Shown here piece by piece: positions 27,616-38,314 of a stretch of DNA of 64,000 bases. The DNA is taken from assembly GCA_964541455.1 (NCBI GenBank), contig CAZIPS010000002.1, positions 6,326-70,325 of the forward strand, read 5' to 3'. The stretch's first letter is position 1. Each line of letters starts with the position of its first letter. The notes under the pieces are model-generated. The model did no database searches. It saw only the letters and a program-made list of their open reading frames with translations, and was not told the DNA's origin. This DNA comes from an uncultured Candidatus Saccharibacteria bacterium. GTDB lineage: Bacteria; Patescibacteriota; Minisyncoccia; Phycocordibacterales; JAKFXT01. Position numbers and translations under genes: made by a program.

Positions 27616-28689
27616 TTAAATTCCCTCATGTTTCAACTTCTCTACCAACTCGCGTGCTGATTTTGTGAGCTTTTGTGGCATGGCAATAGTGACTTTTATC
27701 AAAAGATCTCCTCGTTGTGATTTTGAAATAGGAACACCCTTCCCTTTAACCCGAAGAATTTCACCAAAGCTTATGCTTGAAGGCACGGTGACTTTAAGAG
27801 GGCCTTCAACTGAAGCAACGGTGTACTCGCCTCCAAGAAGGGCATCACTTAACTTTATCGAGAGTTCGGTAACAAGATTATTTCCTTCTCTGTAAAGTTT
27901 TGGGTGAGGTTTTACATGAATTTTTATGTAAAGATCTCCAGAGGCTCCTCCTTGAGCCGCCTCCCCTCTTCCTTGCATACGAATAACTTCTCCATTATCA
28001 ATGCCCGCTGGCACTTGTATTGAAAGTTCTTCTTGTTTGCGCAATACCCCCTCCCCATGACAGGTAGCACATTTTTCCTTTGGGATTTTCCCGCTACCAC
28101 GACACGTTGCACAAGCACGTACCACACTTACTTGTCCAAAGAATGAACGCTTTGTCTCGTGGATTTTTCCATTACCATTACATGTTTTACATGTTTGCAT
28201 GTCAGTTCCCTTTTTTGCTCCGGTGCCTGTACAGGTGTCACATGTGCCAAGTTTTGTGAGAAGTACTTTACGAGTAACCCCAAACACCGATTCCTCAAAG
28301 GTTAGTTCAAGATCAATTGAAATATCGCGCCCTCGTGGTTTACTTTCACGCCCTCCCCCAAACATGTCACCAAAAATGTCTCCAAGATCGCCGAAGTCGA
28401 AGTTTTGGAATCCTTGCCCTCCAGTAAAACCAGAAAAATCGAAATCACCAAAACCCTGTCCCCCAGCGCCTTGAGCGCCAGAGAAGGTTTGGCCATAGGT
28501 ATCATACTCGGCCCTTTTTTTATCATCAGAGAGTACACTATACGCTTCGCTAATCTCCTTAAACTTAGCATCGTCCCCACCCTTTTTGTCAGGATGGTAT
28601 TTATGCGCGAGTTTATGGAAGGCTTTCTTAACCTCGTCCTTGTTTGCTTTTTTGTCGACACCTAAAATATCGTAATAGTTTTTTGCCAT
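27616..28689 (-). CDS. dnaJ: Chaperone DnaJ
   Basis: HPD J-domain, G/F region, four CxxCxGxG repeats. Confidence 0.98.
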   Translation of the reverse strand: MAKNYYDILGVDKKANKDEVKKAFHKLAHKYHPDKKGGDDAKFKEISEAYSVLSDDKKRAEYDTYGQTFSGAQGAGGQGFGDFDFSGFTGGQGFQNFDFGDLGDIFGDMFGGGRESKPRGRDISIDLELTFEESVFGVTRKVLLTKLGTCDTCTGTGAKKGTDMQTCKTCNGNGKIHETKRSFFGQVSVVRACATCRGSGKIPKEKCATCHGEGVLRKQEELSIQVPAGIDNGEVIRMQGRGEAAQGGASGDLYIKIHVKPHPKLYREGNNLVTELSIKLSDALLGGEYTVASVEGPLKVTVPSSISFGEILRVKGKGVPISKSQRGDLLIKVTIAMPQKLTKSARELVEKLKHEGI

Positions 28690-28763
28690 ATAGTGATTAT
28701 ACACAAACTGATTCTTTAGTAAAAAACCCCTCTTTTTGTGATGAGGAGTTTTCCACTTTTGTT

Positions 28764-30629
28764 TTAGGCTGAAGCCTGACCTTCCCCACCTTCTTGTTTC
28801 GGTGTCTCTGTTTCTTGAGCTGGCGCTTCATTTTGTTTATAAAGGGCCTCACCTATTTTGGATAATTCTGAAGAGAGTGCTTCGGTTGCAGTTTTAAGCG
28901 TTGCTGCTTCTCCTTCCCGATGCTTTTTAACTTCAGCAATTTTTTCTTCAATAGAGGTTTTCAATTCAGGTGCCACCTTTTCGCTATTATCCTTTAGTGA
29001 TTTCTCAGCGGTATAGACTAATTGATCAGCGGTGTTGCGAAGTTCTGCAAGTTCTTTTTTGCGTTCATCTTCTGCACTGTATGCTTCAGCTTCTTTTCGC
29101 ATGCGCTCAATGTCAGCATCAGAAAGACTTGAACGAGCCTCGATGCGAATACTCTGCTCTTTGCCACTCGCCTTGTCTTTTGCCTTAACTTGCAAAATAC
29201 CATTAGCGTCAACATCAAAAGATACTTCTACTTGCGGCATGCCACGTGGTGCTGGAGGGATGCCGTCAAGGATGAATCTCCCCAAGCTTTTATTGTCGCT
29301 TGCCATTGGGCGTTCTCCTTGAGTGATATGAATTTCTACAGATGTTTGATTATCTGCGGCGGTAGAAAACACTTGTGAGCGAGAAGCAGGAATAGTAGTG
29401 TTCTTCTCAACGAGCTTAGTTGCAACACCTCCCATGGTTTCGATACCAAGTGAAAGAGGGATTACATCAAGAAGTAAAATATCCTTAACATCACCTTGCA
29501 AAATTCCAGCTTGAATAGCCGCGCCCGCTGCTACCACTTCATCAGGGTTGATGCTCTTGTTAGGTTCACGACCAAAAAGTTCCTTCACTGCTTTTTCAAT
29601 AGCAGGCATTCTTGTTTGTCCTCCTACAAGTACTACCTCATCAATTTCCCCTACTTTAAAAGGAGAAGCGTCGATAGCTCTTTTGGTAATAGTAATCGAG
29701 CGTTCAATGAATTCACGAGACAACTCTTCAAGTGTTGCACGAGAAAGTTTCATGAGGAGGTGCTTTGGGCCAGTAGCATCTGAAGTAATGAAGGGAATAT
29801 TTATTTCTGTTTCGTTCGTAGTTGAAAGCTCGTGCTTTGCTTTTTCAGCAGCTTCGTCAAGACGCTGTAGTGCAAGAGGGTCAGTTGAAACATCAATCCC
29901 GCTTTCTTTTTTATATTCATCAGCGATGTAGCGAATAATCTTTCGATCAATATCACGTCCACCAAGATGGCTATCTCCATCAGTTGATTTAACCTCAACA
30001 ACATCATCTCCTACTTCAAGAATAGAGATATCAAAGGTACCTCCACCAAAATCGAACACCGCTATTTTCTCGTTTTTCTTTTTGTTAAAGCCATATGCAA
30101 GGGCTGCGGCAGTAGGTTCATTAATAATGCGCTTTACCTCAAGGCCAGCAATTGCCCCAGCATCTTTTGTAGCTTGACGTTGTGCGTCATTGAAGTATGC
30201 AGGGACGGTGATGATCGCTTCTGTTATTTTTTCTCCCAGCTTACTTTCTGCATCAGCTTTTAATTTTGAAAGTATCATTGCAGAAATTGCTTCCGGAGAA
30301 TACCAATCAGTACCCATTTCGATTTTGACACCGCCATTGTCTGCCTTCTCTACTTTGTAGGCAACATTTTTTTTGTCGCTCTGCACGGCCTCTTCGTCAT
30401 ATGAGTGACCAATAAAGCGCTTAATACCATACACCGTATTAGTTGGGTTGGTAACGGCTTGGCGCTTAGCAAGTTGCCCCACAAGACGCTCGCCAGTCTT
30501 TGAAAGCGCAACAATTGAGGGCGTAGTTCGAGCCCCTTCAATATTTTCAATAATACGAGGTTCACCGTTTTCAACAATAGCCATTGCAGAGTTGGTGGTG
30601 CCAAGATCAATACCTAAAATTTTTGCCAT
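28764..30629 (-). CDS. dnaK: Chaperone DnaK
   Basis: [36 protein letters not shown]. Confidence 0.99.
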   Translation of the reverse strand: MAKILGIDLGTTNSAMAIVENGEPRIIENIEGARTTPSIVALSKTGERLVGQLAKRQAVTNPTNTVYGIKRFIGHSYDEEAVQSDKKNVAYKVEKADNGGVKIEMGTDWYSPEAISAMILSKLKADAESKLGEKITEAIITVPAYFNDAQRQATKDAGAIAGLEVKRIINEPTAAALAYGFNKKKNEKIAVFDFGGGTFDISILEVGDDVVEVKSTDGDSHLGGRDIDRKIIRYIADEYKKESGIDVSTDPLALQRLDEAAEKAKHELSTTNETEINIPFITSDATGPKHLLMKLSRATLEELSREFIERSITITKRAIDASPFKVGEIDEVVLVGGQTRMPAIEKAVKELFGREPNKSINPDEVVAAGAAIQAGILQGDVKDILLLDVIPLSLGIETMGGVATKLVEKNTTIPASRSQVFSTAADNQTSVEIHITQGERPMASDNKSLGRFILDGIPPAPRGMPQVEVSFDVDANGILQVKAKDKASGKEQSIRIEARSSLSDADIERMRKEAEAYSAEDERKKELAELRNTADQLVYTAEKSLKDNSEKVAPELKTSIEEKIAEVKKHREGEAATLKTATEALSSELSKIGEALYKQNEAPAQETETPKQEGGEGQASA

Positions 30630-30657
30630 AGTATGTATGAATAAGTGAATAATGTTT

Positions 30658-31257
30658 CTATACTAATTTTCCAACAACAACACGTGCTCCGCGGAGTACC
30701 TTGTCGTGAAGCATGTACCCTCTCTGTAGCACGGCAAGTACTTTATTGTCATCTGCTGCACTTTTAACTTCTTCGGTACGTACCGCCTCATGAAGTGTGG
30801 GGTCAAAGGGTTGCTCTAAAGGATCAATCACACTCACTCCGCGCTGTTTTAAGACATCAAGCAACATTGTGTATATGTACTCAATTCCCATTCTCCAAGC
30901 GCTATCAACTTTCCCCCACACTTCTTTATTACCCATTGCACTATCAAAACTTTGCAATACGGGGATCAAGTCCTCAATAAGGCTTGCTGTAGCAAATTTT
31001 GAAAGGGACGCACGATCCTCATCAAAACTTTTCTTAGCATTAACAAAATCAGCCTTACTTCTTTGCCACCCTGAAAGGTACTCCATTTTTTCTCCCTCAA
31101 GGAGCTTAATTTTTTCACGAAGCTTCTTAAGTATGGTTTTTGTATCTACAGATTCATCCTCAAGAATGAATTCATCCTGGGAGGCAGAAGTATTATCGAA
31201 CTTGTTATTCGTTTCGTCAAGGACTACGTCTTCTTCATGGTCATGTGTGTGTTTCAT
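30658..31257 (-). CDS. grpE: Nucleotide exchange factor GrpE
   Basis: [25 protein letters not shown]; upstream of dnaK. Confidence 0.96.
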   Translation of the reverse strand: MKHTHDHEEDVVLDETNNKFDNTSASQDEFILEDESVDTKTILKKLREKIKLLEGEKMEYLSGWQRSKADFVNAKKSFDEDRASLSKFATASLIEDLIPVLQSFDSAMGNKEVWGKVDSAWRMGIEYIYTMLLDVLKQRGVSVIDPLEQPFDPTLHEAVRTEEVKSAADDNKVLAVLQRGYMLHDKVLRGARVVVGKLV

Positions 31258-31336
31258 ATAGTGTGAAGATGAGCATTACAAATAAAGTGTCTTTCCGTAG
31301 GCAAGGACACGGTCTCTTTGGCAGAGATTGAGGAGA

Positions 31337-31744
31337 TTAACGCTTAGACCACTGTGGAGCCTTGCGAGCTTTCTTGAGCCCGAATTTCTTGCGTTCTTTA
31401 CGGCGTGGGTCACGCTTTAGAAAACCAGCCTGTTTTAGCTCTTTACGGAGTGTTTCGTCAAATGAGGTTAAGGCACGTGCAATGCCGTGGCGGATAGCAT
31501 CGGCTTGAGCGCGGATGCCACCACCCACTACTTTTGCTGAAACTTCAAACTGCTTAGGATGTTCCCCCTGAGTAAGTGGGCTAAGGACTGCGGCCTGCTG
31601 ATCTGCAATGACAAAGTATTCGTTAAGTCCCTTACCGTTCACCACTACCCCCTGCTTAGTGCTTTCGGTAATGCGCACACGCGCCACAGCACTTTTGCGA
31701 CGTCCAATACCTTCTGTATATGTTCCTGTAGTTTTTGTAGCCAT
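31337..31744 (-). CDS. rpsI: 30S ribosomal protein S9
   Basis: GRRKSAVARV, RKKFGLKKARKAPQWSKR. Confidence 0.99.
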   Translation of the reverse strand: MATKTTGTYTEGIGRRKSAVARVRITESTKQGVVVNGKGLNEYFVIADQQAAVLSPLTQGEHPKQFEVSAKVVGGGIRAQADAIRHGIARALTSFDETLRKELKQAGFLKRDPRRKERKKFGLKKARKAPQWSKR

Positions 31745-31746
31745 AG

Positions 31747-32097
31747 TTATTCGCTGATTGAAAGATTAAGAAGCATAGTATCACGATGCTTGTTTTTTGG
31801 AAGCATACGAGAAACGGCGTGCTTAATGACTTCGCCAAACCCCTTGGTTTCGGCGACACGTTTTGCAGTCAGTTGGGTAATACCTCCTGGGTATCCTGAA
31901 TAACGTGTATGAAGTATTCCTTCAAGTCGAGTTTGGGTAGCATTGAGCTTACTTGCGTTGGTGATAACCACCTTTGCAGTTGGGGCGTGGTGGCGACGGA
32001 AAGCTGGGCTATCTTTACCCATGAGAAGTGTTGCTACCTCTGTTGCAAGGCGGCCAAGCTTTTTTCCTGTAGCATCAATAGTGTGAGTTTTTTCCAT
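31747..32097 (-). CDS. rplM: 50S ribosomal protein L13
   Basis: IDATGKKLGRLA, SGYPGG, AVSRMLPKN. Confidence 0.97.
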   Translation of the reverse strand: MEKTHTIDATGKKLGRLATEVATLLMGKDSPAFRRHHAPTAKVVITNASKLNATQTRLEGILHTRYSGYPGGITQLTAKRVAETKGFGEVIKHAVSRMLPKNKHRDTMLLNLSISE

Positions 32098-32101
32098 ATA
32101 A

Positions 32102-32455
32102 TTATACGAATTCAATTACCGCCTGTTTGCTTCCATCCTTAATACGAGGTGAAAGTTTGGTGATACGGGTATATCCTCCTGCACGTGATTCATAACGTGG
32201 AGCAAGTGTTTTAAAAATCTTTTCAACACTACTTCGTCCAGATCCGAGGCGTGAAAGTACGAGACGGCGTGAGGCAACGGTATCATTTTTGCCCTTAGTC
32301 ACAAGTTTCTCAACAAATGGGCGTAGTTCTTTAGCCTTAGCTTCAGAAGTGGTAATTTTTTCGCGAAGAATGAGAGAGCGCGCTAAAGAGCGAATAAGGG
32401 CGGTGCGACCCTTATCAACCAATCCAAACGCTCGACCTTTTTTGTGATGACGCAT
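32102..32455 (-). CDS. rplQ: 50S ribosomal protein L17
   Basis: MRHHKKGR, KAKELRPFVEKLVT, GGYTRI. Confidence 0.98.
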   Translation of the reverse strand: MRHHKKGRAFGLVDKGRTALIRSLARSLILREKITTSEAKAKELRPFVEKLVTKGKNDTVASRRLVLSRLGSGRSSVEKIFKTLAPRYESRAGGYTRITKLSPRIKDGSKQAVIEFV

Positions 32456-32464
32456 ATGTGTAGA

Positions 32465-33421
32465 TTATTTAAGTGTTATACCAAAGCCTGCAAGCATCTT
32501 TTTGATCTCCTGCATACCCTTACTGCCTAGTCCATCGATATCAAGAATATCCTCTTCTTTCTTGCGAGCAAGGCCGCCTAGGGTGCGAATATTGGCGGTC
32601 GTGAGCGCGTTAATAGTGCGAGGTGAAAGCTCAAGTGTCTCAATACGAGTTTTGAGCATATCGGGATCTACCGCACTTTCCTTTTCGGCGTGCATAGTAA
32701 CTGGCTCACTGTGGTGAAGTGAAAGATCTTCCTCCTTGAAGCCGATGATAGCCTTAAGTTGATTGATCATGATTTCAATTGACTTCTCAAGCGCCTCGTG
32801 TGGAGTGATGATGCCATCAGTTTCAATAAAGATTTTCAAGCGATTGAAGTCAGTACGATTTCCTACACGCATGTTTTCAACCTCATAGTTTACACGACGG
32901 ATAGGGGTAAATGAGGCGTCAAGGGCAATAGTACCAATGTCCACTTTATCTTTTTGGAGGTTTTCCTTAGATACGTAGCCCATCCCTTTCTCAACACGGA
33001 ATTCAGCCTTAAAAGAAACTTTGCCTGTAACGTTAGCGATAACCTGATCTTTGTTGATGATCTCCACTTGGCCAGGAGCAACAATGTCTTTTGCGGTTAC
33101 CTCCTTAGGACCCTTAACATCAATTGTGAGGGTTTGTGGCTCGTCGGTAAGCATCTTTATGCGTACGCGCTTTAAATTAAGGAGGATAGTAATAACATCT
33201 TCCTTAACACCCTCGAGAGTTGAAAACTCATGACTAACCCCATCAATTTTTACATGAGTAATTGAGGCTCCAGGGAGGCTTGAGAGGATAATGCGGCGAA
33301 GTGAGTTTCCGAGCGTGTGCCCATAGCCAGGGTAAAGACCATCAATTTCGTAGCTACCGCTTAGCTCGGTTTCCTCCACTACCTTTGGTTTTGAAGGAAG
33401 AATGACGTTAAAATCTGACAT
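32465..33421 (-). CDS. rpoA: RNA polymerase alpha subunit
   Basis: GYGHTLGNSLRRIILSSLPG, HEFSTLEGVKED, alpha-CTD. Confidence 0.99.
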   Translation of the reverse strand: MSDFNVILPSKPKVVEETELSGSYEIDGLYPGYGHTLGNSLRRIILSSLPGASITHVKIDGVSHEFSTLEGVKEDVITILLNLKRVRIKMLTDEPQTLTIDVKGPKEVTAKDIVAPGQVEIINKDQVIANVTGKVSFKAEFRVEKGMGYVSKENLQKDKVDIGTIALDASFTPIRRVNYEVENMRVGNRTDFNRLKIFIETDGIITPHEALEKSIEIMINQLKAIIGFKEEDLSLHHSEPVTMHAEKESAVDPDMLKTRIETLELSPRTINALTTANIRTLGGLARKKEEDILDIDGLGSKGMQEIKKMLAGFGITLK

Positions 33422-33494
33422 ATTTTTTTACTATTTAAACAATTGCTAATTTTACAATAATTTTAAACAAAAGGCAATTCCTTACCCCAAACGA

Positions 33495-34103
33495 TTATCG
33501 ACTATAAAACTCAAGCACTGGTACCAAGTCGTAAGCGAGCTCACTTCTTGTATACACCGGCACACCTACTACTTTTCCTTCGGCCTTTTCAGCGTTAAAG
33601 GAAATCCATGAAGGAGTAGTGTGATCTTTCAACTTCTCCTTTAGGTCAGCAAAAAGTACGCTGTTACGGCTTCCCTCACGCACCGTAATGACATCATTTG
33701 CCCCAACAACTGCAGAAGGGATAGTGAGTTTGCGGCCGTTTACTACAATGTGACCGTGGGAAACGAGCTGACGTGCCTTGCGGCGGGTGTGTGCGAGTCC
33801 CATGCGGTACACCGCATTATCAAGACGGCTTTCGAGTGAGCGGTAAAGTGTTTCAGCAGGATTCGTACTCTTCCCTTCCATCGCTTTGGTAATGTAGTTC
33901 TTAAACTGCTTTTCGGTGATACCGTAGGTAAAACGAACCTTTTGTTTTTCGATAAACTGTTTGGCATAGTCACTCTTTGGAGGGCGTCGCTTCCCAGCTC
34001 CTTCAGTGCGGGCAAGTGAAAGTTGAAACTTCTGTGTTTGAAGTTGTTCAAAAACAGATGATCCAAGGCGCTTACCGATTTTATACTTTGGTCCGATTTT
34101 CAT
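33495..34103 (-). CDS. rpsD: 30S ribosomal protein S4
   Basis: EKQKVRFTYG, LESRLDNAVYRMG, ARQLVSHGH. Confidence 0.98.
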   Translation of the reverse strand: MKIGPKYKIGKRLGSSVFEQLQTQKFQLSLARTEGAGKRRPPKSDYAKQFIEKQKVRFTYGITEKQFKNYITKAMEGKSTNPAETLYRSLESRLDNAVYRMGLAHTRRKARQLVSHGHIVVNGRKLTIPSAVVGANDVITVREGSRNSVLFADLKEKLKDHTTPSWISFNAEKAEGKVVGVPVYTRSELAYDLVPVLEFYSR

Positions 34104-34115
34104 AGTGGTAATAAA

Positions 34116-34550
34116 TTAAATACGACGTGGCTTAGGTGGTTTTGGTCCATTGTGTGGCACAGGAGTAATATCTTTGATTGAAAGGAGTCCTATGCCCTTA
34201 CCTGAAAAAGCGCGGATTGCAGACTCGCGTCCTGCTCCTACTCCCTTTACCACAACATCAACTTCTCGTACGCCAATAGCAGTTGCTTTTTCACCGATAA
34301 GTTCTCCTACCTTTGCAGCTGCAAAAGGAGTTCCCTTTTTAGCCCCAGCAAACCCTAGTGAACCACTTGATGATGAACAGATAGCATTACCACTTTTGTC
34401 TGTTAGGAGTACACGAGTATTGTTGTAGGTTGAAGCAACATAAAGAATCCCAGTATCGATCTTCTTTTTTGCGGCACGCGCCAAAGACTTTGCCCGGAGT
34501 CCCTGGTCAACTTCACCACCACTTTTGCTTGCTACTCGTTTTTTACCCAT
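34116..34550 (-). CDS. rpsK: 30S ribosomal protein S11
   Basis: TYNNT, KKGTPFAA, DITPVPHNG. Confidence 0.98.
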   Translation of the reverse strand: MGKKRVASKSGGEVDQGLRAKSLARAAKKKIDTGILYVASTYNNTRVLLTDKSGNAICSSSSGSLGFAGAKKGTPFAAAKVGELIGEKATAIGVREVDVVVKGVGAGRESAIRAFSGKGIGLLSIKDITPVPHNGPKPPKPRRI

Positions 34551-34578
34551 ATGAGTTTAAATCTGTTTAATATAAGGT

Positions 34579-34962
34579 TTATGTCTTTGATTCCTTGCGA
34601 CGGCCACTTCCCATGGTCTTTCTAACGTTTCCTCGTACTGTTCGTGAGTTTGTTTTAGTACGTTGTCCTCTGCTTGGTAAGTGTTTTGCGTGACGGCTCC
34701 CTCGGTAGGTCTTAATATCCTTGAGGCGCTTTATGTTTGCTTGAATAATACGCTTTAGGTCACCTTCAATCTTGTAATCTCTTTCAATAATGGTACGAAT
34801 AGCCTGTTCCTCATGCTCTTTAAGCTCTTTTGGCTTGACGTCAATTGAAACTTTTGCCTCCTTAAGTATCTTTCGAGCACTGGTTGTTCCAATACCATAA
34901 AGGGCGGTAAGGGCGTACTCCATGCGCTTATTTTCTGGAAGAGTGATACCAAGGATTCTCAT
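34579..34962 (-). CDS. rpsM: 30S ribosomal protein S13
   Basis: ALTALYGIG, RGQRTKTNSRT. Confidence 0.98.
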   Translation of the reverse strand: MRILGITLPENKRMEYALTALYGIGTTSARKILKEAKVSIDVKPKELKEHEEQAIRTIIERDYKIEGDLKRIIQANIKRLKDIKTYRGSRHAKHLPSRGQRTKTNSRTVRGNVRKTMGSGRRKESKT

Positions 34963-34994
34963 AGTGTTAAAAAATATTGAAAATTATTCCACTG

Positions 34995-35108
34995 TTAGCC
35001 CTGACGCTGTTTGTGTCGTGGATCAGCACAAATAACATGCACACGTCCCTTGCGGCGTACCATTTTACACTTAGTGCAAATCTTTTTTACTGAAGCTCGG
35101 ATTTTCAT
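34995..35108 (-). CDS. rpmJ: 50S ribosomal protein L36 (absent from the ORF track)
   Basis: Manual translation [37 protein letters not shown]. Confidence 0.97.
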   Translation of the reverse strand: MKIRASVKKICTKCKMVRRKGRVHVICADPRHKQRQG

Positions 35109-35113
35109 TGCGA

Positions 35114-35341
35114 TTATAAGCGCCGTACGATTTTGCCTTTTGAGAGGTTGTATGGATCAATTTCAACTTCAACCGTGTCTCCAACAAGCACGCGGATACG
35201 GTGTAGTCTCATTCTCCCACCAAGGTAGCCAAGCATGGTTCCCCCGCTTTCTCCTTGTAATTCAATTCGAAAGAGTGTGTTGGGCAAGGCCTCGGTAACG
35301 GTGCCTATTTTCTTTTCCTTACTCTCTTTTTCGTTGCTCAT
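35114..35341 (-). CDS. infA: Translation initiation factor IF-1
   Basis: [30 protein letters not shown]; start ATG 35341. Confidence 0.97.
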   Translation of the reverse strand: MSNEKESKEKKIGTVTEALPNTLFRIELQGESGGTMLGYLGGRMRLHRIRVLVGDTVEVEIDPYNLSKGKIVRRL

Positions 35342-35367
35342 TTGGCTTTTACGGAACAATGCCCCAT

Positions 35368-35396
35368 AGAATAACAAAAAAGCTTTTGAGCGTCAA
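35368..35396 (-). promoter_or_regulatory. Promoter of the infA-rpoA operon
   Basis: TTGACG-17 bp-TATTCT with extended TG. Confidence 0.7.
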
Positions 35397-35546
35397 CTAA
35401 AAACGCTTAACAAAGCCATTTGTTTCAGACTGGATGTGCTTATTACGGTAGCACGCTTCCCAAAGTTAAGTCAAACGGGGCAAAAAATAGAGGCTTTTTA
35501 ATGGGTAATGGTCAATAAATGGCTTAAAATAAGGTTTTTTTCATCC

Positions 35547-36992
35547 TTATTTTAAAAGGGATCCGCTATTCACAATTTCGATTTTTGAGCTGTCCTCGGG
35601 GAGACTTGATTTCCAGGCTGGCCTGATTGAAACCTCGGCTTTTTCTATCCCAGCATAATTTTTGAAAATTTCGTTTACTTTGCTTTGTGGGACTCCAGCG
35701 AGATCTTTAACAAGTTTCTCGTTGTCATAAAGCCAGGTAATGGTGGTGGTCCCCTGAAGGGTGAAGGGAAGGTTCCCACTATTCCAAGGAGCCGTTTCAA
35801 GGCTATCTGGTGAAAATGAGAGATTCTGCAGATTTATACTTGTGACAGGGTCCCCGTTGTAGTCCGGAATATTGTTCTTAGCTAGAAAGGTTGCAAGCTC
35901 ATCTTTTTTGAACAAAATTCCGTGCATGCTCCCCTTAATTGAGATATCAGTGTCATCGGGCTTTGAAAGCATAGTGTAGGTAATGTATACCGCATTGTCA
36001 TAGAGTATGAACCCAGCAGGAACTTGTTCTTTGGCCTTTGAGAGAAGCTTGGCCTTAAGGGTAGCCTTAAGTTCAGTCTGCCCTGCTTCAAGGTCGCTTT
36101 GAGAAGCGGTTTTAATGGTTCCTTTCATACCTCCTGTCATGGGAGTTTTTGATCGGCCAAAAATAGTGTTAAAACGAGGATCACCTTTAAAGCCTGGAAT
36201 GGTAAAATCCGAAAGTGGAATATTGTAGTCTTCGCCAGCTGAATAAGCACTCACTGTCACCTCAACACTCCCTGGCGTACTTCCCTTTTGCGCAGGGACA
36301 ACAACAGAATTATCAATGCGGAAGATGAGATTGTCATCAGTTTCCAATCGAGTATTTTTTACTAAGGCTTGAGACTTGCTTGTTTTGTTAAAAATAACTA
36401 CCGATCCCGTAGCGCGCCGTTCAACCGTTTTTTCGCCAGTTGAGGGAATAGTTTTGTCCCCTGTTTCCTCGAGGGATAAAACATTAAATGCAAGGTCTCC
36501 TGGTTGAGGATTCTTTTTTGCTGCGTAGGTTGCCTTAATACCTATATCTTTAGTTTTTGGGGTAATAGTAATAACTGCGCCAACATGAAGGAACAAATAG
36601 AGAAAGTACACAAGTGCAATTGCTACTGCAAAGCCGCCTATTGAAGCAATACGTGTAATCTTTTTCGAATAAGTACTAACACTTTCGGTTGATGGAATGC
36701 GGGGATTTTTAAAAGAAGTGTACTCACTTTCTTTTCTTACCTCTTTCAAAGGTGGAGGAGTCTCTTCACTTTTTTGGAAATTTTTTGTCTCGGAGGGGTA
36801 TGAGGTATATGTAAGTTCTGTTTTGATACGTGGTGTGTCAGCGCTAAGCGGTTTTGGGGGTACAGGGGCAGGTTCTACCTTCTTTAGTGAGGTCGGTGGG
36901 AGGCGATTTCCTCGACTTGGCAGGTTGATGTCGCGTACAGTACGCTTCGGGTTTGGGGGAACTATGTCTTCAATTAGTTTTTTTCTTAGCAT
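35547..36992 (-). CDS. Single-pass membrane protein with baseplate-J-like extracellular domain
   Basis: Pro-rich N-terminus, one TM, then ATGSVVIFN..L..NTRL....IF..VVVP...PGSVEV.V.A..AGEDYN; start ATG 36992. Confidence 0.65.
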   Translation of the reverse strand: MLRKKLIEDIVPPNPKRTVRDINLPSRGNRLPPTSLKKVEPAPVPPKPLSADTPRIKTELTYTSYPSETKNFQKSEETPPPLKEVRKESEYTSFKNPRIPSTESVSTYSKKITRIASIGGFAVAIALVYFLYLFLHVGAVITITPKTKDIGIKATYAAKKNPQPGDLAFNVLSLEETGDKTIPSTGEKTVERRATGSVVIFNKTSKSQALVKNTRLETDDNLIFRIDNSVVVPAQKGSTPGSVEVTVSAYSAGEDYNIPLSDFTIPGFKGDPRFNTIFGRSKTPMTGGMKGTIKTASQSDLEAGQTELKATLKAKLLSKAKEQVPAGFILYDNAVYITYTMLSKPDDTDISIKGSMHGILFKKDELATFLAKNNIPDYNGDPVTSINLQNLSFSPDSLETAPWNSGNLPFTLQGTTTITWLYDNEKLVKDLAGVPQSKVNEIFKNYAGIEKAEVSIRPAWKSSLPEDSSKIEIVNSGSLLK

Positions 36993-37011
36993 AGGGAATG
37001 AAGGTGTTTTT

Positions 37012-38241
37012 TTACGCTTTATTTTCTGGGTACATTTCAGGGAGGGCTTCTTTCGCTGCCGCTGCAAAGCTAGCACTTATAGCTAGGATTGTATCAAACC
37101 GAATATCAAGACTGAAGCTCACAGAATCAGCTAAAAGAGCTGTGTCAACTAAGCTGACGCGAAATCCATTTGGTACAAGGGTTTGGCTTGCAAAGCCGTG
37201 GGCGGCGCTGATTTCTGAAAAAATATCCTTAAGATCGGTATCAACGAGGAGATACAAATCAGGTGGTACCGAAGTTTCTTCGGTGAGACTAATGAGCGAG
37301 CGTTCCAGGTACGCCAACCATTCGGCTTGTGCTTCTTTGATAAATGGTTCAAGTTTTGCCCGCTCTGGTTCAGCAAGCTTTTTATCATGATATAGTCCGA
37401 GTCGCGCAAGGGCGTCTTCGTTGGTAGTTCCCATTTTTTGTGCTATGTAGCGCACTAAAGAATATTTCCCATAAGGGAAAGATACTGTTTCAAGTAGTGT
37501 ATGGTTGCGCACAAGCGATACTTCGGATATTTCACTTCCAATAGTCATAAAAAGAAAATCAGCTTCTGCGTCAACGCGGTTGCGTAGGGCAATAAAAGCA
37601 GCAAGAGAAAGTGGCTCAACCGACACGTGGGCAGGGGTAAACTTTCTTACTGTTGAAACAAGACTTTGTATGATGACTGGGTCAATAGAGGTTCGGAAGG
37701 CTGACACAGTGACGTCAGTACTTGTTTTCCCGTAAGGATTGCTTACGTGGTATCCATTTATTTTTATATCAATAATGCGTTCATGCACGGTTGCACCATT
37801 CTCTCCCACGAGCTCAATTTCGTGTGCTGGGAGGGTATTTTTTTTCTCAACTTTAAGGAGTGAATCAATAAAATGAGGTGAAATTGAGAACTCTTTCTCA
37901 CTTTTATGATGAATGAGGGTGGTATGGGAGAGGTAGTATGGAGCAGCCAAAATGCAATACACTTCGTCGGCCGCGAGGAGCATATCTTTAGAATTTGTTT
38001 TGTCTAATATGCGTGCAATATGATCAAGTACTTGCTCCAAGGATGAAAGCGCGGTGGTAAGTGTGTCCTTTTGATCACCATCACTTATGTTCTGCTCACC
38101 AAGTACGGTGTAGAGAATATAGGGTTTGCCATCACGCATTTCAACCACCGCTCCACGAGAGTTACCTCTCCCGATATCAAGATACAGTACAAGTTTAAGT
38201 GGCACTGTCTTTGGTAAGTGCAAAAAAGAAAAAAGACCCAT
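37012..38241 (-). CDS. FtsA/PilM-like actin-fold protein
   Basis: LYLDIGRG (phosphate 1), FMTIGSEISEVS (phosphate 2), FPYG...IA. Confidence 0.7.
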   Translation of the reverse strand: MGLFSFLHLPKTVPLKLVLYLDIGRGNSRGAVVEMRDGKPYILYTVLGEQNISDGDQKDTLTTALSSLEQVLDHIARILDKTNSKDMLLAADEVYCILAAPYYLSHTTLIHHKSEKEFSISPHFIDSLLKVEKKNTLPAHEIELVGENGATVHERIIDIKINGYHVSNPYGKTSTDVTVSAFRTSIDPVIIQSLVSTVRKFTPAHVSVEPLSLAAFIALRNRVDAEADFLFMTIGSEISEVSLVRNHTLLETVSFPYGKYSLVRYIAQKMGTTNEDALARLGLYHDKKLAEPERAKLEPFIKEAQAEWLAYLERSLISLTEETSVPPDLYLLVDTDLKDIFSEISAAHGFASQTLVPNGFRVSLVDTALLADSVSFSLDIRFDTILAISASFAAAAKEALPEMYPENKA

Positions 38242-38314
38242 GTGTGAATTATAACAGAGGAAGCTTCGAGCTTGTAGCTTTTAGCTGTTAGTAGAATAAA
38301 AAGATGGTGGTTTA

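Noticed and set aside
35547-36992. Prophage or contractile injection system suggested by the baseplate-J-like domain
   Set aside because: The protein has a TM anchor and there are no tail, sheath, capsid or terminase genes nearby.
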